Assembly (NCBI GenBank): GCA_045652765.1
Contig: JAZOLG010000041.1
Coordinates: 7,310 to 71,309, forward strand
Direction: 5' to 3'
Length of the DNA stretch: 64,000 nucleotides
Origin: Bacilli bacterium
Lineage (GTDB): Bacteria > Bacillota_I > Bacilli_A > ML615J-28 > CAG-313
This document shows, one piece after another, positions 17,425 through 27,470 of the stretch. The position numbers and the translations under genes were made by a program. Every line of letters starts with the position of its first letter. Within the stretch, counting starts at the first letter, position 1. The notes below the pieces were generated by a model. It was not told where the DNA came from. It searched no databases and saw nothing but the letters and a program-made list of their open reading frames with translations.

Positions 17425-18843
17425 ATGAAAGTATTAATTGCATCGCATAATAAAGGTAAAATTAATGAATTTAAAGATATATTAAAAAATTTAAATTTTG
17501 AATTTGTGACATTAAATGATTTTCCAAATATTGAAGAACCGGAAGAAAATGGTTTAACATTAAACGAAAATTCTTTAATAAAAGCTAAATATTATTATGA
17601 TCATTTTAAAATTCCTGTTATTGCAGATGACACAGGCTTATTTATTGATGATTTAGGTGGTGAACCAGGAATTAAATCAGCAAGATACTCTGGAATTAGT
17701 GAAAAAGCAAATAGAGAATTAGTACTGCAAAAACTAAAAGGTAAAATGAGTAATGCTTATTTTGAAACAGTATTAACTTTTTATGATGGTTCTAATGTTA
17801 TTACAGCTAATGGTATTATGCAAGGTATTATAAGTAATCAGGAAAAAGGAATCCATGGATTTGGATATGATTCTATCTTTTATTTACCTCAATATGAAAA
17901 AACGCTAGCTGAATTAGGCACTGAAATAAAGAATAGTTTAAGCCATAGATATCATGCAACTAACAATTTAAAAAGAAAAATTACTTTTTTTAATAATCTG
18001 AATGATGAAATTGAATATATTAAAACATTAATAACTAATAATTTATTTGAAGATGTTGTTTCAATTGAAAAAATCATTGGTGGAATGAGCAATAATACTT
18101 ATTTAGTAGAAACAAATAAAGGTCAATATACAGCTAGAATCCCAGGAATAAACGCTGAATTGTTTGTTGGCAGAATGAAAGAACTAGGAAGTTTGAATCT
18201 TGTAAGAAATAAACCATCATTTGTTCAATATACTTATTTTGATTTGCAATCAGGTTTTAAACTTTCTCCTTATATTATAAGAGAACAAAATGATTATAGC
18301 GAAGAAGCAATTGCAGAAGTACTAGATGAACTTCACAATTTAAGTAGATTCGAAAATGACTATAAACCATTTGATCGCTTTTTATACTACGAAAGACTTG
18401 TTGAAATATTTGGTATGAAGCTTGATGATGATTATTTTGTATTGAAAAACAAGATTTTATCATATCGTAATTATTTGGAACAAAGACCAAAAGTTCCATG
18501 TCATAATGATGCTCAATTATCTAATCATATTTTTAACAATAATAAGCACATTTTGATTGATTTTGAATTTACAGGAAATAATGATCCTTTGTTTGATTTT
18601 GCATGTTTAGGGAATGATGATTTAAATATCGGAAAAAATGCTTATAGTAAATTAGTACAAAGAGAATTAAGTGAAGAAGAAAATAAAGTAATTGAACTAT
18701 GGTATAGTTTACAAGCATTAAGCTGGTATTTAGTAGCAATGTTTAAATATGCTACAGGAATGAATAAGACGGCAGGATTAGATTTTAGTAATATTGCGAC
18801 TTATTTCCTTAAAAAAGCAGATGATTTGCTAAAGAATTATTAA
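17425..18843 (+). CDS. rdgB: Fusion: RdgB/HAM1 dITP/XTP pyrophosphatase + choline/ethanolamine-kinase-like phosphotransferase
   Basis: HAM1 motifs SHNKGK, ADDTGL, GFGYDSIF, SHR in first ~185 aa; GGMSN, CHND, LIDFEF kinase motifs after; single uninterrupted frame. Confidence 0.88.
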   Translation: MKVLIASHNKGKINEFKDILKNLNFEFVTLNDFPNIEEPEENGLTLNENSLIKAKYYYDHFKIPVIADDTGLFIDDLGGEPGIKSARYSGISEKANRELVLQKLKGKMSNAYFETVLTFYDGSNVITANGIMQGIISNQEKGIHGFGYDSIFYLPQYEKTLAELGTEIKNSLSHRYHATNNLKRKITFFNNLNDEIEYIKTLITNNLFEDVVSIEKIIGGMSNNTYLVETNKGQYTARIPGINAELFVGRMKELGSLNLVRNKPSFVQYTYFDLQSGFKLSPYIIREQNDYSEEAIAEVLDELHNLSRFENDYKPFDRFLYYERLVEIFGMKLDDDYFVLKNKILSYRNYLEQRPKVPCHNDAQLSNHIFNNNKHILIDFEFTGNNDPLFDFACLGNDDLNIGKNAYSKLVQRELSEEENKVIELWYSLQALSWYLVAMFKYATGMNKTAGLDFSNIATYFLKKADDLLKNY

Positions 18844-18877
18844 ATAATTTAATTTAGTAATTAAAACAACGTTTTTC

Positions 18878-18906
18878 TTGACTTTTTTTCGAAAATAATA
18901 TATAAT
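18878..18906 (+). promoter_or_regulatory. SigA promoter of rpsU
   Basis: TTGACT-17-TATAAT. Confidence 0.8.
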
Positions 18907-18943
18907 ATAGAAGATTTTATGGTGCGGAAGGAGGGACCAAAGA

Positions 18944-19120
18944 ATGCCAAAGACTATCGTTCGCGAAAATGATACACTTGATGAAGCACTAAAAAGATTC
19001 AAACGTGATGTTTCTAGATCGGGTACCCTTGTTGAAGCCCGCAAACGTCAACATTACATGAAACCAAGTGATATCCGCAAAGAAAAAAGACGTGCTGCAC
19101 GTAAAAATGGACATCGTTAA
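18944..19120 (+). CDS. rpsU: 30S ribosomal protein S21 (58 aa, not in ORF track)
   Basis: Hand translation [42 protein letters not shown]...; SD GGAGG. Confidence 0.95.
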   Translation: MPKTIVRENDTLDEALKRFKRDVSRSGTLVEARKRQHYMKPSDIRKEKRRAARKNGHR

Positions 19121-19158
19121 TCATTAAAGTAAAATGGGCATTTTTATGCCTTTTTTCT

Positions 19159-19187
19159 TTCTAAAAGTATTATTTTGGTCATATAAT
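19159..19187 (+). promoter_or_regulatory. SigmaE-like promoter of yqfC-yqfD
   Basis: TTCTAAA-14-CATATAAT just after the rpsU terminator; the -10 also contains TATAAT but the -35 is a poor SigA match. Confidence 0.5.
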
Positions 19188-19201
19188 AATATGGTGATAT
19201 T

Positions 19202-19417
19202 TTGAAAAAAATATTTAAAGAGTTTTATGACCAAAATGTTTATATTAAAAATCAAAAAAGTGTACATATTGATAATTATAAAAAACTTTCTTATATTAGT
19301 GAACAATTAATCATAATTGATAATATTCAAATAAAAGGCAGCAATTTATATGTTTATGAACTTGATTCTTTTCAAATTCAGGTAGAAGGTGCAATAAATG
19401 AAATTTCATTTATTTAA
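19202..19417 (+). CDS. yqfC: YabP/YqfC family sporulation protein
   Basis: HIDNYKKL...IQIKGSNL...VEGAINEISF pattern; position before yqfD; TTG start with GGTGA SD. Confidence 0.8.
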   Translation: MKKIFKEFYDQNVYIKNQKSVHIDNYKKLSYISEQLIIIDNIQIKGSNLYVYELDSFQIQVEGAINEISFI

Positions 19418-20474
19418 AAGATATTTTATTTCTACTTCTTTCGAATGTTATAATAACAATTTAACGTATATTCAAAATATTGAAAGTAGACATGTCAAGA
19501 TAAAAAATGGAATTGTAACTTTTTACTCCAATAATTTTATAGATATTGAAGGTTTTAAATGCGAAAAAAAATTTAAACTTTTTATTAAAAATAAAATGGA
19601 GTATTATTTAATATTTATAGTTTTAATTATTAGCATTCTATTAATTATGTTTGTTTCTCCTTATTATATAAAAGAAGTTGAATATCAAAATGGTAGTATT
19701 GAAGATGAGATTATCTTTAATGAGACATCTGATTTAGTAAAAAAACACAAACAAGTTGACTTAAATGATTTGTCAAAACAATTTATGTTAAAATATCCTC
19801 ATTATTCGTGGATTAGTTTAAAGAAAAAAGGGAATATAGTTTTATTAAATATTGAATTAAATGAATTATCAAGCTTAAATTATTTAACTAATAATATACA
19901 AGGAGATTTTATAAGTGGATATGATGCTTATATTAAGCATATTATTGTAACTCAAGGAAAAGTTAATGTTGATATAAATCAAACAGTAAAAAAAGGTGAT
20001 TTATTAATTCTTGGCAATTTGCCTAAACAAAAAATCTCTCCATGTGGTATAATAATAGGAGAAATAGTTTATTCTAAAGAGATAACAATTTACAAAAATA
20101 ATATGATTAAATCATACACCGGAAATCTTATAAACTATCAGTATGTTAAACTTAAAGATAAACAAATTCATAAGAATAATAATACATATTTAGTATATAA
20201 AACAAGAACGAATAATATTTTTAGTTTATTTAATTTTATTAGTTATGTTGATGAAACAATTTATGAAATTGGTGATTTTTTAGTTCAATATGGTAAAGAA
20301 GATGCTATAATATATGGAAAAAGTATCATTTATTATGAACTGGAAAAACAAAGAACATCAAATAAAGAGAGTATTTTAAGTATTGATGTCTTGAGTATTA
20401 CCGAAAAAGAAGATCGATATGTTATTAAATTCTTAGTAAAAGCGGATAAAAATATTGTTTTGTTGAAACAATAA
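19398..20474 (+). CDS. yqfD: Sporulation protein YqfD
   Basis: TM segment, KKGNIVLLNI, YDAYIKHIIVTQG...VKKGDLLILG signature; yqfC-yqfD-phoH synteny. Confidence 0.85.
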   Translation: MKFHLFKRYFISTSFECYNNNLTYIQNIESRHVKIKNGIVTFYSNNFIDIEGFKCEKKFKLFIKNKMEYYLIFIVLIISILLIMFVSPYYIKEVEYQNGSIEDEIIFNETSDLVKKHKQVDLNDLSKQFMLKYPHYSWISLKKKGNIVLLNIELNELSSLNYLTNNIQGDFISGYDAYIKHIIVTQGKVNVDINQTVKKGDLLILGNLPKQKISPCGIIIGEIVYSKEITIYKNNMIKSYTGNLINYQYVKLKDKQIHKNNNTYLVYKTRTNNIFSLFNFISYVDETIYEIGDFLVQYGKEDAIIYGKSIIYYELEKQRTSNKESILSIDVLSITEKEDRYVIKFLVKADKNIVLLKQ

Positions 20475-20544
20475 TAAAAAATATTAATTGAATTCTTTGA
20501 AAAAATAACTTTATAGATTATAATATAGTTATAAGAGGAACTTT

Positions 20545-21501
20545 ATGGCGGAAAAATTAATTTATACTTTTAATAATCCTGATGTTGAAATGGCAATATT
20601 AGGACCAATGAATAAACATTTAAAACTCATTGAACATGCTTATAATACACATATTTTGCTTACTACTAATGATTTAATAGGCGATGAAGCAATAGAATCG
20701 AATTTATTAAAAATTATAAGAGTAATTGAAATTTATATTAATAAAGGTATCCAAGTTAAAGAAAGAGATATTCTAAGTATTATTTCAATGATAGATAATT
20801 ATAAAATTGAAGATGTTGAAGCGTTTTTTAATAAAAATGTTGTATTTGTTAATACATATGATGGAAGACAAATTGTTGCGAAAAGTATTAATCAAAAGAA
20901 ATATTTTGAAGCATTACAATCTTCTGATATTGTGTTTGCAGTTGGCGCTGCAGGTAGTGGGAAAACATTTTTGACTGTTGCTTATGCAATGAATCTTTTA
21001 AAAAAGAATAAAATCAAAAAAATTATTATTACTCGTCCTGTTGTAGAAGCTGGTGAAAAGTTGGGATTTTTACCAGGAGATTTAAAAGAAAAGATTGATC
21101 CATATTTAATACCGATTTATGATGCTATTAATGATATTTTAGGCAATGAACAAGCCGAAAAATTAATTGAAAAAGGTATAATTGAAATTGCACCACTTGC
21201 ATATATGCGTGGTAGAACTTTAGACAATGCATTTATTATTTTAGATGAGGCTCAAAATACTACTGAAAATCAAATGAAGATGTTTTTGACTAGACTCGGT
21301 TTTAATTCTAAAATGGTTATTACTGGTGATACTACACAAATTGATTTACATAAAAGTATTACATCGGGTTTAATACATGCAATTAAGTTATTAAAAGATA
21401 TTGAAGAAATCAAATTTGTTAATTTTTCTACTATTGACGTTATGCGTCATCCTTTAGTTTCTAAAATTATAAATAAATACGAAGGTAATACAAATGATTA
21501 A
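20545..21501 (+). CDS. phoH: PhoH family ATPase
   Basis: GAAGSGKT, TRPVVEAGEKLGFLPGD, YMRGRT, LDEAQN. Confidence 0.95.
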   Translation: MAEKLIYTFNNPDVEMAILGPMNKHLKLIEHAYNTHILLTTNDLIGDEAIESNLLKIIRVIEIYINKGIQVKERDILSIISMIDNYKIEDVEAFFNKNVVFVNTYDGRQIVAKSINQKKYFEALQSSDIVFAVGAAGSGKTFLTVAYAMNLLKKNKIKKIIITRPVVEAGEKLGFLPGDLKEKIDPYLIPIYDAINDILGNEQAEKLIEKGIIEIAPLAYMRGRTLDNAFIILDEAQNTTENQMKMFLTRLGFNSKMVITGDTTQIDLHKSITSGLIHAIKLLKDIEEIKFVNFSTIDVMRHPLVSKIINKYEGNTND

Positions 21502-21934
21502 AGTTAACTTATGCAATAATTATGAATTTCTATTTAATGAGAAAAAACTAGTAAAAAAAATCGCAAAGAAAATTTATAAAGAAGAAAAGCTTAAAGGGAA
21601 ATATTTCTTAAGCATTATCATATTAAATAATGAAGAAATCCATAAAATGAATTATCAATATCGCGATATTGATGCACCAACAGACGTAATAAGTTTTGCT
21701 GCAATCGATGGTGAAGATGAATTGCCTGCTGAAATGGGAGACATTTTTATTTGCTATGAAAAAATCATCGAACAAGCTAAAAATTATGGTCATTCAGAGT
21801 ATCGTGAATTTGCATTTTTAGTGACACATGGTATTTATCATTTGCTTGGATATGATCATATGACTAAAGAAGAAGAAACAGTTATGTTTTCTAAACAAGA
21901 AAAAATATTAGAAATTTTGAAAATAGGTCGATAG
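21494..21934 (+). CDS. ybeY: rRNA maturation endoribonuclease YbeY
   Basis: TDVISF, HGIYHLLGYDH. Confidence 0.95.
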   Translation: MIKVNLCNNYEFLFNEKKLVKKIAKKIYKEEKLKGKYFLSIIILNNEEIHKMNYQYRDIDAPTDVISFAAIDGEDELPAEMGDIFICYEKIIEQAKNYGHSEYREFAFLVTHGIYHLLGYDHMTKEEETVMFSKQEKILEILKIGR

Positions 21935-21935
21935 T

Positions 21936-22349
21936 ATGGAAAAACAATATGAATTAGCTTTAAAAGCGCGAGAAAATGCATATGCGCCATATTCAAATTA
22001 CAAAGTTGGTGCGTGTTTAGTTTTAAAAGATGGTAATTATATTATCGGCTCAAATGTTGAAAATGCCTCTTTTGGATTAACAAATTGTGCTGAAAGAAGT
22101 GCACTTTTTGCAGCTGTTTCTCAAGGCTACCAAAAAGAAGACTTTAATGAAATTGTAATTGCAACAATTAATGATGTGCCTGGATCTCCATGTGGAGCCT
22201 GCCGTCAAGTAATTTCTGAATTAATGGATTTAAATGCCAAAGTGACATTAATTAATCCTAAACTTACTAATACAATCAGCTTGAGAGTAAAAGATCTGCT
22301 ACCATATGCTTTTTCAGGAGAAGAATTAAATGAAAAGAAAAACATTTAA
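21936..22349 (+). CDS. cdd: Cytidine deaminase
   Basis: YAPYS, NVENAS, CAERSA, PCGACRQ. Confidence 0.95.
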   Translation: MEKQYELALKARENAYAPYSNYKVGACLVLKDGNYIIGSNVENASFGLTNCAERSALFAAVSQGYQKEDFNEIVIATINDVPGSPCGACRQVISELMDLNAKVTLINPKLTNTISLRVKDLLPYAFSGEELNEKKNI

Positions 22350-23235
22350 ATCAGGATTTGTATCTATTGTTGGTAGACCAAATGTTGGTAAAAGTACTTT
22401 AATGAACCAAATATTAGATACTAAAGTTGCAATAGTAACTCCAAAAGCCCAAACAACAAGAAACAAAATTCAAGGAATTTATACAACAGAAAATGAACAA
22501 ATAATTTTTATTGATACACCAGGAATCCATAAATCCTTTAATGAACTTGGTGAAAACATGAATCAAGCTGCATATGACAGTTTAGATGGCATTGATGCTG
22601 TTTTGTTGATGGTGGATTCAACTAAAGAATTTAGTGATTTGGATCAAGAAATTGTTGAGCGATTTACGAAACTTCGAGAACCTAAATTTTTGGTGTTGAA
22701 TAAAATTGATTTAATAAAAGATGAGCAAAAGTTGAATGAATTAATTGCACATTATAATTCAATTAATTTTGTTAAGATACTAAAAATTAGTGCTTCAAAT
22801 AATTTAGGTGTTGATCAATTGGTATCTAGCATTGTCGATGCTTTAGATGAAGGTCCACAATATTATCCAAGCGATCAGTTAATGGATCAACCAGAAAGAT
22901 TTATGGTTAAAGAGATTATTCGTGAAAAAGTGTTATTACTTACATCACAAGAAATTCCATATTCTGTTGCTGTCGAAATTGAAAGCTTTAAAAATGATGA
23001 AAAAAATCCTAATTTAATAAACATTAATGCTACTATTATAGTGGAAAGACAATCACAAAAAAAGATTGTCATTGGCGAAAAAGGTTCTAAAATCAAAGAA
23101 ATTGGTAGATTATCAAGAATAGATATTGCTAAATTTTTAGGGAATAAAGTTTATTTGGAATTATTTGTTAAAGTAGAAGCTGATTGGCGTAATCGTAAAC
23201 ATTATTTGAAACAATTTGGTTATCAAAATAAATAA
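22330..23235 (+). CDS. era: GTPase Era
   Basis: GRPNVGKST, QTTRN, DTPG, NKID, KH domain. Confidence 0.97.
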   Translation: MKRKTFKSGFVSIVGRPNVGKSTLMNQILDTKVAIVTPKAQTTRNKIQGIYTTENEQIIFIDTPGIHKSFNELGENMNQAAYDSLDGIDAVLLMVDSTKEFSDLDQEIVERFTKLREPKFLVLNKIDLIKDEQKLNELIAHYNSINFVKILKISASNNLGVDQLVSSIVDALDEGPQYYPSDQLMDQPERFMVKEIIREKVLLLTSQEIPYSVAVEIESFKNDEKNPNLININATIIVERQSQKKIVIGEKGSKIKEIGRLSRIDIAKFLGNKVYLELFVKVEADWRNRKHYLKQFGYQNK

Positions 23236-23248
23236 GTATAATTATTTA

Positions 23249-23284
23249 AAAAATATCCATCCTAATTGTGGGAGGGATATTTTT
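23249..23284 (+). promoter_or_regulatory. Stem-loop after era that encloses the SD of the next gene
   Basis: AAAAATATCC / GGATATTTTT 10-bp stem plus TCC/GGA; GGAGG lies in the 3' arm. Confidence 0.6.
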
Positions 23285-23471
23285 GAACTTAAAAACAAAA
23301 GAACAAATTAGAAATGAATATTGGATGAAATTCTTAAAAAGTGGTCGAATTGAAGATTATATAATGTATAATCGATATAATAATTTAAGCGAAGAAATTG
23401 CAGAAATTGGAGTAATTGATGATAACAATAAACAAGAAGAAAATCGAAGGGGTAGTAATAAGAGCAACTGA
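23283..23471 (+). CDS. yqzL: YqzL-like small protein
   Basis: WMKFLKSGRIEDYIMY resembles the YqzL W..F..TG.I..YL.Y motif; era-yqzL-recO synteny; TTG start after GGAGG. Confidence 0.7.
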   Translation: MNLKTKEQIRNEYWMKFLKSGRIEDYIMYNRYNNLSEEIAEIGVIDDNNKQEENRRGSNKSN

Positions 23472-24153
23472 TTATAAAGAAAATAATAGTAAAATTTCGA
23501 TACTGACAACTAATGGATTGGAGAATTTTATAGTTAGAGGTACAAGAAAAATTACTTCTAAACTTTCATTATTGGCTCAACCTATCACTAAAGTTGAATT
23601 ATTTGTAACTAGTGATAAAATCTTAAATACTGTGACTGAAGGTATAGTATCAGAAAACTATACTAGCATAAAAGAAAATCAAGCAAAACAACTAGTTGCA
23701 TTGTCTATGCTTGAGTCGATATATTACTTTAATAAGCATGTTTTAGATACCAATTTGCTATATAAATTTTTCCTAGATTCATTAGATGTATTAAAAAATA
23801 CCGAATATCCATTGGAGTTATTAAATTATTTTGATATAAAATTATGGTATTTAGTAGGAATTATGCCTACATTCAATAAATGTATTAATTGTGGTTCAGA
23901 TAATTCTTCATATTTTACTATTTCTCAAGGTGGTAATTTATGTAAAAAATGTAAAACACATGAATCTTATGATGAATATGTATCTAATTTGCTGAAAATT
24001 ACATTTCTTCTAAAAATTGAAAAGTTAAATGAAGAATTTTTAAAACTGTTAAGTGAATATACTGATATATTTAATAAAATTATTAAAATTTATTACAAAC
24101 AATACTTAGATTTTTCTAATTTCAATCGTTCATTAATTGAAAAAATATTGTAA
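23419..24153 (+). CDS. recO: DNA repair protein RecO
   Basis: EGVVIRATDYKENNS OB-fold start, CxxC...CxxC zinc motif; synteny. Confidence 0.88.
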   Translation: MITINKKKIEGVVIRATDYKENNSKISILTTNGLENFIVRGTRKITSKLSLLAQPITKVELFVTSDKILNTVTEGIVSENYTSIKENQAKQLVALSMLESIYYFNKHVLDTNLLYKFFLDSLDVLKNTEYPLELLNYFDIKLWYLVGIMPTFNKCINCGSDNSSYFTISQGGNLCKKCKTHESYDEYVSNLLKITFLLKIEKLNEEFLKLLSEYTDIFNKIIKIYYKQYLDFSNFNRSLIEKIL

Positions 24154-24198
24154 AGATAGAAAACTATTTATCTTTACTTTTTTATTTTGTCAAAACTA

Positions 24199-24227
24199 TT
24201 TACAAAATAACAATAAAATGATATAAT
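24199..24227 (+). promoter_or_regulatory. SigA promoter of glyRS-dnaG-sigA operon
   Basis: TTTACA-17-TGnTATAAT. Confidence 0.7.
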
Positions 24228-24301
24228 AAGAAGATGAAAATGGAAAAATTTACATTTATTATAGACATAAAGTAAAACAATGTTAGTTTAAGGAGGAATT
24301 T

Positions 24302-25675
24302 ATGGAAATTACAATGGAAAAACTAGTTGCATTTTTAAAAGACAAGGGTTTTGTATACCAAGGTAGCGAAATCTATGGCGGTCTTGCAAACTCATGGGAC
24401 TATGGACCATTAGGTGTTGAGCTTTTAAATAATGTTAAGAAATTATGGTGGAAATTTTTTGTTCAAGATTCAGAATATAATGTTGGATTAGATGCTGGTA
24501 TTTTAATGAATCCTGAAACTTGGGTTGCCAGTGGACATGTTGGTGGATTCAGTGATCCGCTAATTGACTGTAAAGAATGTCATGCTAGATTTAGAGCTGA
24601 TAAATTAATTGAAGATCATACTCATGGTGAAATTACTGGTGATGGTATGAGTAATGAACAATTAATGAATTATATTCGTGATAACAACATTGTTTGTCCT
24701 ACATGTGGAAAGCATAACTTTACTGATATTCGTCAATTCAATCTTATGTTTAAAACTAATCAAGGTGTAATTGAAGAAGCTAAAAATACAATTTACCTAC
24801 GTCCTGAAACAGCACAAGGTATTTTTGTTAATTTTAAAAATGTTCAAAGAACTACAAGAAAAAAAGTTCCTTTTGGAATTGGTCAAATTGGTAAAAGTTT
24901 TAGAAATGAAATTACTCCTGGTAATTTTATTTTCCGTACACGTGAATTTGAACAAATGGAATTAGAATTCTTCTGTAAACCAGGTACTGATATGGAATGG
25001 TTTAACTATTGGAAATCATTCTGTCATGACTTCTTAAAATATTTAGGTCTTAAAGAAGAATCACTTCGTCTTCGTGATCATGAAAAAGAAGAATTATCAC
25101 ATTATTCAACTGCAACTACAGATTTTGAATTTAAATTCCCATTTGGTTGGGGTGAATTATGGGGAATAGCAGATCGTACTAATTTTGACTTAAGAGTTCA
25201 CCAAGAACATTCTAAAGTAAACCTAGAATATTTAGATCCTGAAACTAATGAAAAATATTTGCCTTATGTTATTGAACCAAGTGTTGGTGCTGGACGTTTA
25301 TTTTTAGCGGTTTTATCTGATGGGTTTGAAATTGAACAATTAGGTGATGGTGAAGAAAGGGAAGTATTACATTTAATTCCTGAACTTGCTCCTTTTAAAG
25401 TTGCTGTTTTACCACTTGTAAATAAGCTAAATGAAAAAGCTAAAGAAGTTTATCATTCTTTGAGAAAAATTATGCCAACTGATTTTGATGCATCAGGTAA
25501 AATTGGTAAGAGATATCGCCGTCAAGATAGCATTGGTACACCATTCTGTGTAACTGTTGACTTCGATACATTAGAAAAAGGAACAGTTACTGTTCGTGAT
25601 CGTGATACAATGGAACAAGAAGTAGTTCAAATTGATGATTTAAGAGGTTATTTAGTAAATAAAATTTATAAATAA
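24302..25675 (+). CDS. glyQS: Glycine--tRNA ligase (alpha2 type)
   Basis: [38 protein letters not shown]. Confidence 0.97.
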   Translation: MEITMEKLVAFLKDKGFVYQGSEIYGGLANSWDYGPLGVELLNNVKKLWWKFFVQDSEYNVGLDAGILMNPETWVASGHVGGFSDPLIDCKECHARFRADKLIEDHTHGEITGDGMSNEQLMNYIRDNNIVCPTCGKHNFTDIRQFNLMFKTNQGVIEEAKNTIYLRPETAQGIFVNFKNVQRTTRKKVPFGIGQIGKSFRNEITPGNFIFRTREFEQMELEFFCKPGTDMEWFNYWKSFCHDFLKYLGLKEESLRLRDHEKEELSHYSTATTDFEFKFPFGWGELWGIADRTNFDLRVHQEHSKVNLEYLDPETNEKYLPYVIEPSVGAGRLFLAVLSDGFEIEQLGDGEEREVLHLIPELAPFKVAVLPLVNKLNEKAKEVYHSLRKIMPTDFDASGKIGKRYRRQDSIGTPFCVTVDFDTLEKGTVTVRDRDTMEQEVVQIDDLRGYLVNKIYK

Positions 25676-25697
25676 TTTTCTAGAAAGGATGGATTAA

Positions 25698-27461
25698 ATG
25701 ATTCCGCAAGATATAATTAATCAAATCATTGAAAAAGTAAATATTGCAGAAGTGATTGCTGAATATATACCGGTACTTCCTGATGGAACTGGTTTTAAAT
25801 CGGTTTGTCCTTTTCATAATGATACTAATCCTTCAATGAAAATTAGTCCATCTAAAAAAATATTTAAATGCTTTAGCTGTGGTGCTGGTGGAAATGTTAT
25901 TCAATTTGTTTCTAGATATGAAAATATTAGTTTTATTGATGCGTGTGTTAAATTAGCGCGTAAGATTGGAATTACAATTGAGAATAATACTGATCCTAAT
26001 TATGAAGCGAAGAAAAAACTCTATGATATTTTAAATGAAAGTTCAGAATTTTATAAATTTTACTTACATAATTCTGATGAAGGTAAGATTGCACTTAAAT
26101 ATTTAGAAGATCGTGGGATAGACAAAGAAATAATAGATAAATTTAATATAGGATTAGCACCTAGTGAAAAAGATTATTTAAATCAAGCTTTGAATGCTAA
26201 AAATTTTGGTGTTATTGATCAAATTGAATCTGGGATGATTCGAAAAGAAAAGAATGATTCATTTATTGATACATTTAGAAGTAGAATCATGTTTCCTATT
26301 AAAGATCTTAATAATCGAGTAGTAGGCTTCAGTGGTCGTATTTATTTGCCGGGTGATCGATCACCAAAATATATTAATTCAAATGAAAATTTAATTTTCC
26401 ATAAGAGTGAATTACTATATAATTATTCAAATGCTAATGAACATGCTAGACGTGATGATTATGTTTTTGTGTTTGAAGGATTTATGGATGTTATTGCAGC
26501 TTATAAAGCAGGTGTTAAGTCTGCGGTTGCTACAATGGGAACAGCCTTTACTAAACAACATTTGAAAGCTTTAAACGCTTTAACAAATAAAGTAATACTT
26601 TGTTTTGATGGTGACCAAGCTGGAATAAATGCAACATCGAAAGCAGCAGCTGTATTTTCTGGAGAAAACAAGATACCGTATGCAGTTCAAATACCTGAAG
26701 GATTGGATCCTGATGAATTTTTAAAAAAATATGGTAGTGATAAATTACGTTCTCATTTATTAGAAAATCAAGTTAATGTTTATGAATATATTTACAATAT
26801 TGCTAAACAAGACTTAATATTAGATGACGTTGTTAGTGTTCAAAGATTTAAAGATAAAGTATTTAGTTTCTTAAAAAATACTAATAATACAGTTAAGGAA
26901 TTTTATTTAAACAAGTTAAGTGGTGATTTAGGACTTGATCCAACAATGATAATTTCTGATTTTGGTTTTAGTTTAACCGAAAAACCAAAATCTATTGAAG
27001 TTGAACAAGTAAAATCAATTACAACTACTATTAAAAAGAAAATTCCTACTAAGATATATCGTGCATTAGATATTATTGTTATGCACACAATAAATTCAAA
27101 GGAAAAGTTTAAATTATTTTTCTGCGATCATAATTCTAAACTTAGTATTGCGGATTTTTCTGATTATTTTGATATTTTCACACGAATCGCAGAAATTTAT
27201 AGTATAAAAGATAAAATAGATATAAACGAATTAAAGAGTATGTTTTTAGAAGGGTCTTCAACCATTAGTTTACTAGAAAAGATTTTGGATAATAAGATGA
27301 ATGATGTAAATAATGTGTTAGAGTTTAAACAATGTGTTGAGACAATTGATAACTATTCTTTAAAAGAATATGCAAGAGCAAAATTATTAGGTGCGTTAGA
27401 AGATGATAAATTAATTAATGATTATCTTGCAATTCTGAAAACCTGGATTACTATTCAGTAG
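25698..27461 (+). CDS. dnaG: DNA primase
   Basis: CPFH...CFSC zinc finger, EGFMDVI, FDGDQAG TOPRIM motifs. Confidence 0.97.
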   Translation: MIPQDIINQIIEKVNIAEVIAEYIPVLPDGTGFKSVCPFHNDTNPSMKISPSKKIFKCFSCGAGGNVIQFVSRYENISFIDACVKLARKIGITIENNTDPNYEAKKKLYDILNESSEFYKFYLHNSDEGKIALKYLEDRGIDKEIIDKFNIGLAPSEKDYLNQALNAKNFGVIDQIESGMIRKEKNDSFIDTFRSRIMFPIKDLNNRVVGFSGRIYLPGDRSPKYINSNENLIFHKSELLYNYSNANEHARRDDYVFVFEGFMDVIAAYKAGVKSAVATMGTAFTKQHLKALNALTNKVILCFDGDQAGINATSKAAAVFSGENKIPYAVQIPEGLDPDEFLKKYGSDKLRSHLLENQVNVYEYIYNIAKQDLILDDVVSVQRFKDKVFSFLKNTNNTVKEFYLNKLSGDLGLDPTMIISDFGFSLTEKPKSIEVEQVKSITTTIKKKIPTKIYRALDIIVMHTINSKEKFKLFFCDHNSKLSIADFSDYFDIFTRIAEIYSIKDKIDINELKSMFLEGSSTISLLEKILDNKMNDVNNVLEFKQCVETIDNYSLKEYARAKLLGALEDDKLINDYLAILKTWITIQ

Positions 27462-27470
27462 GAGGTATAG

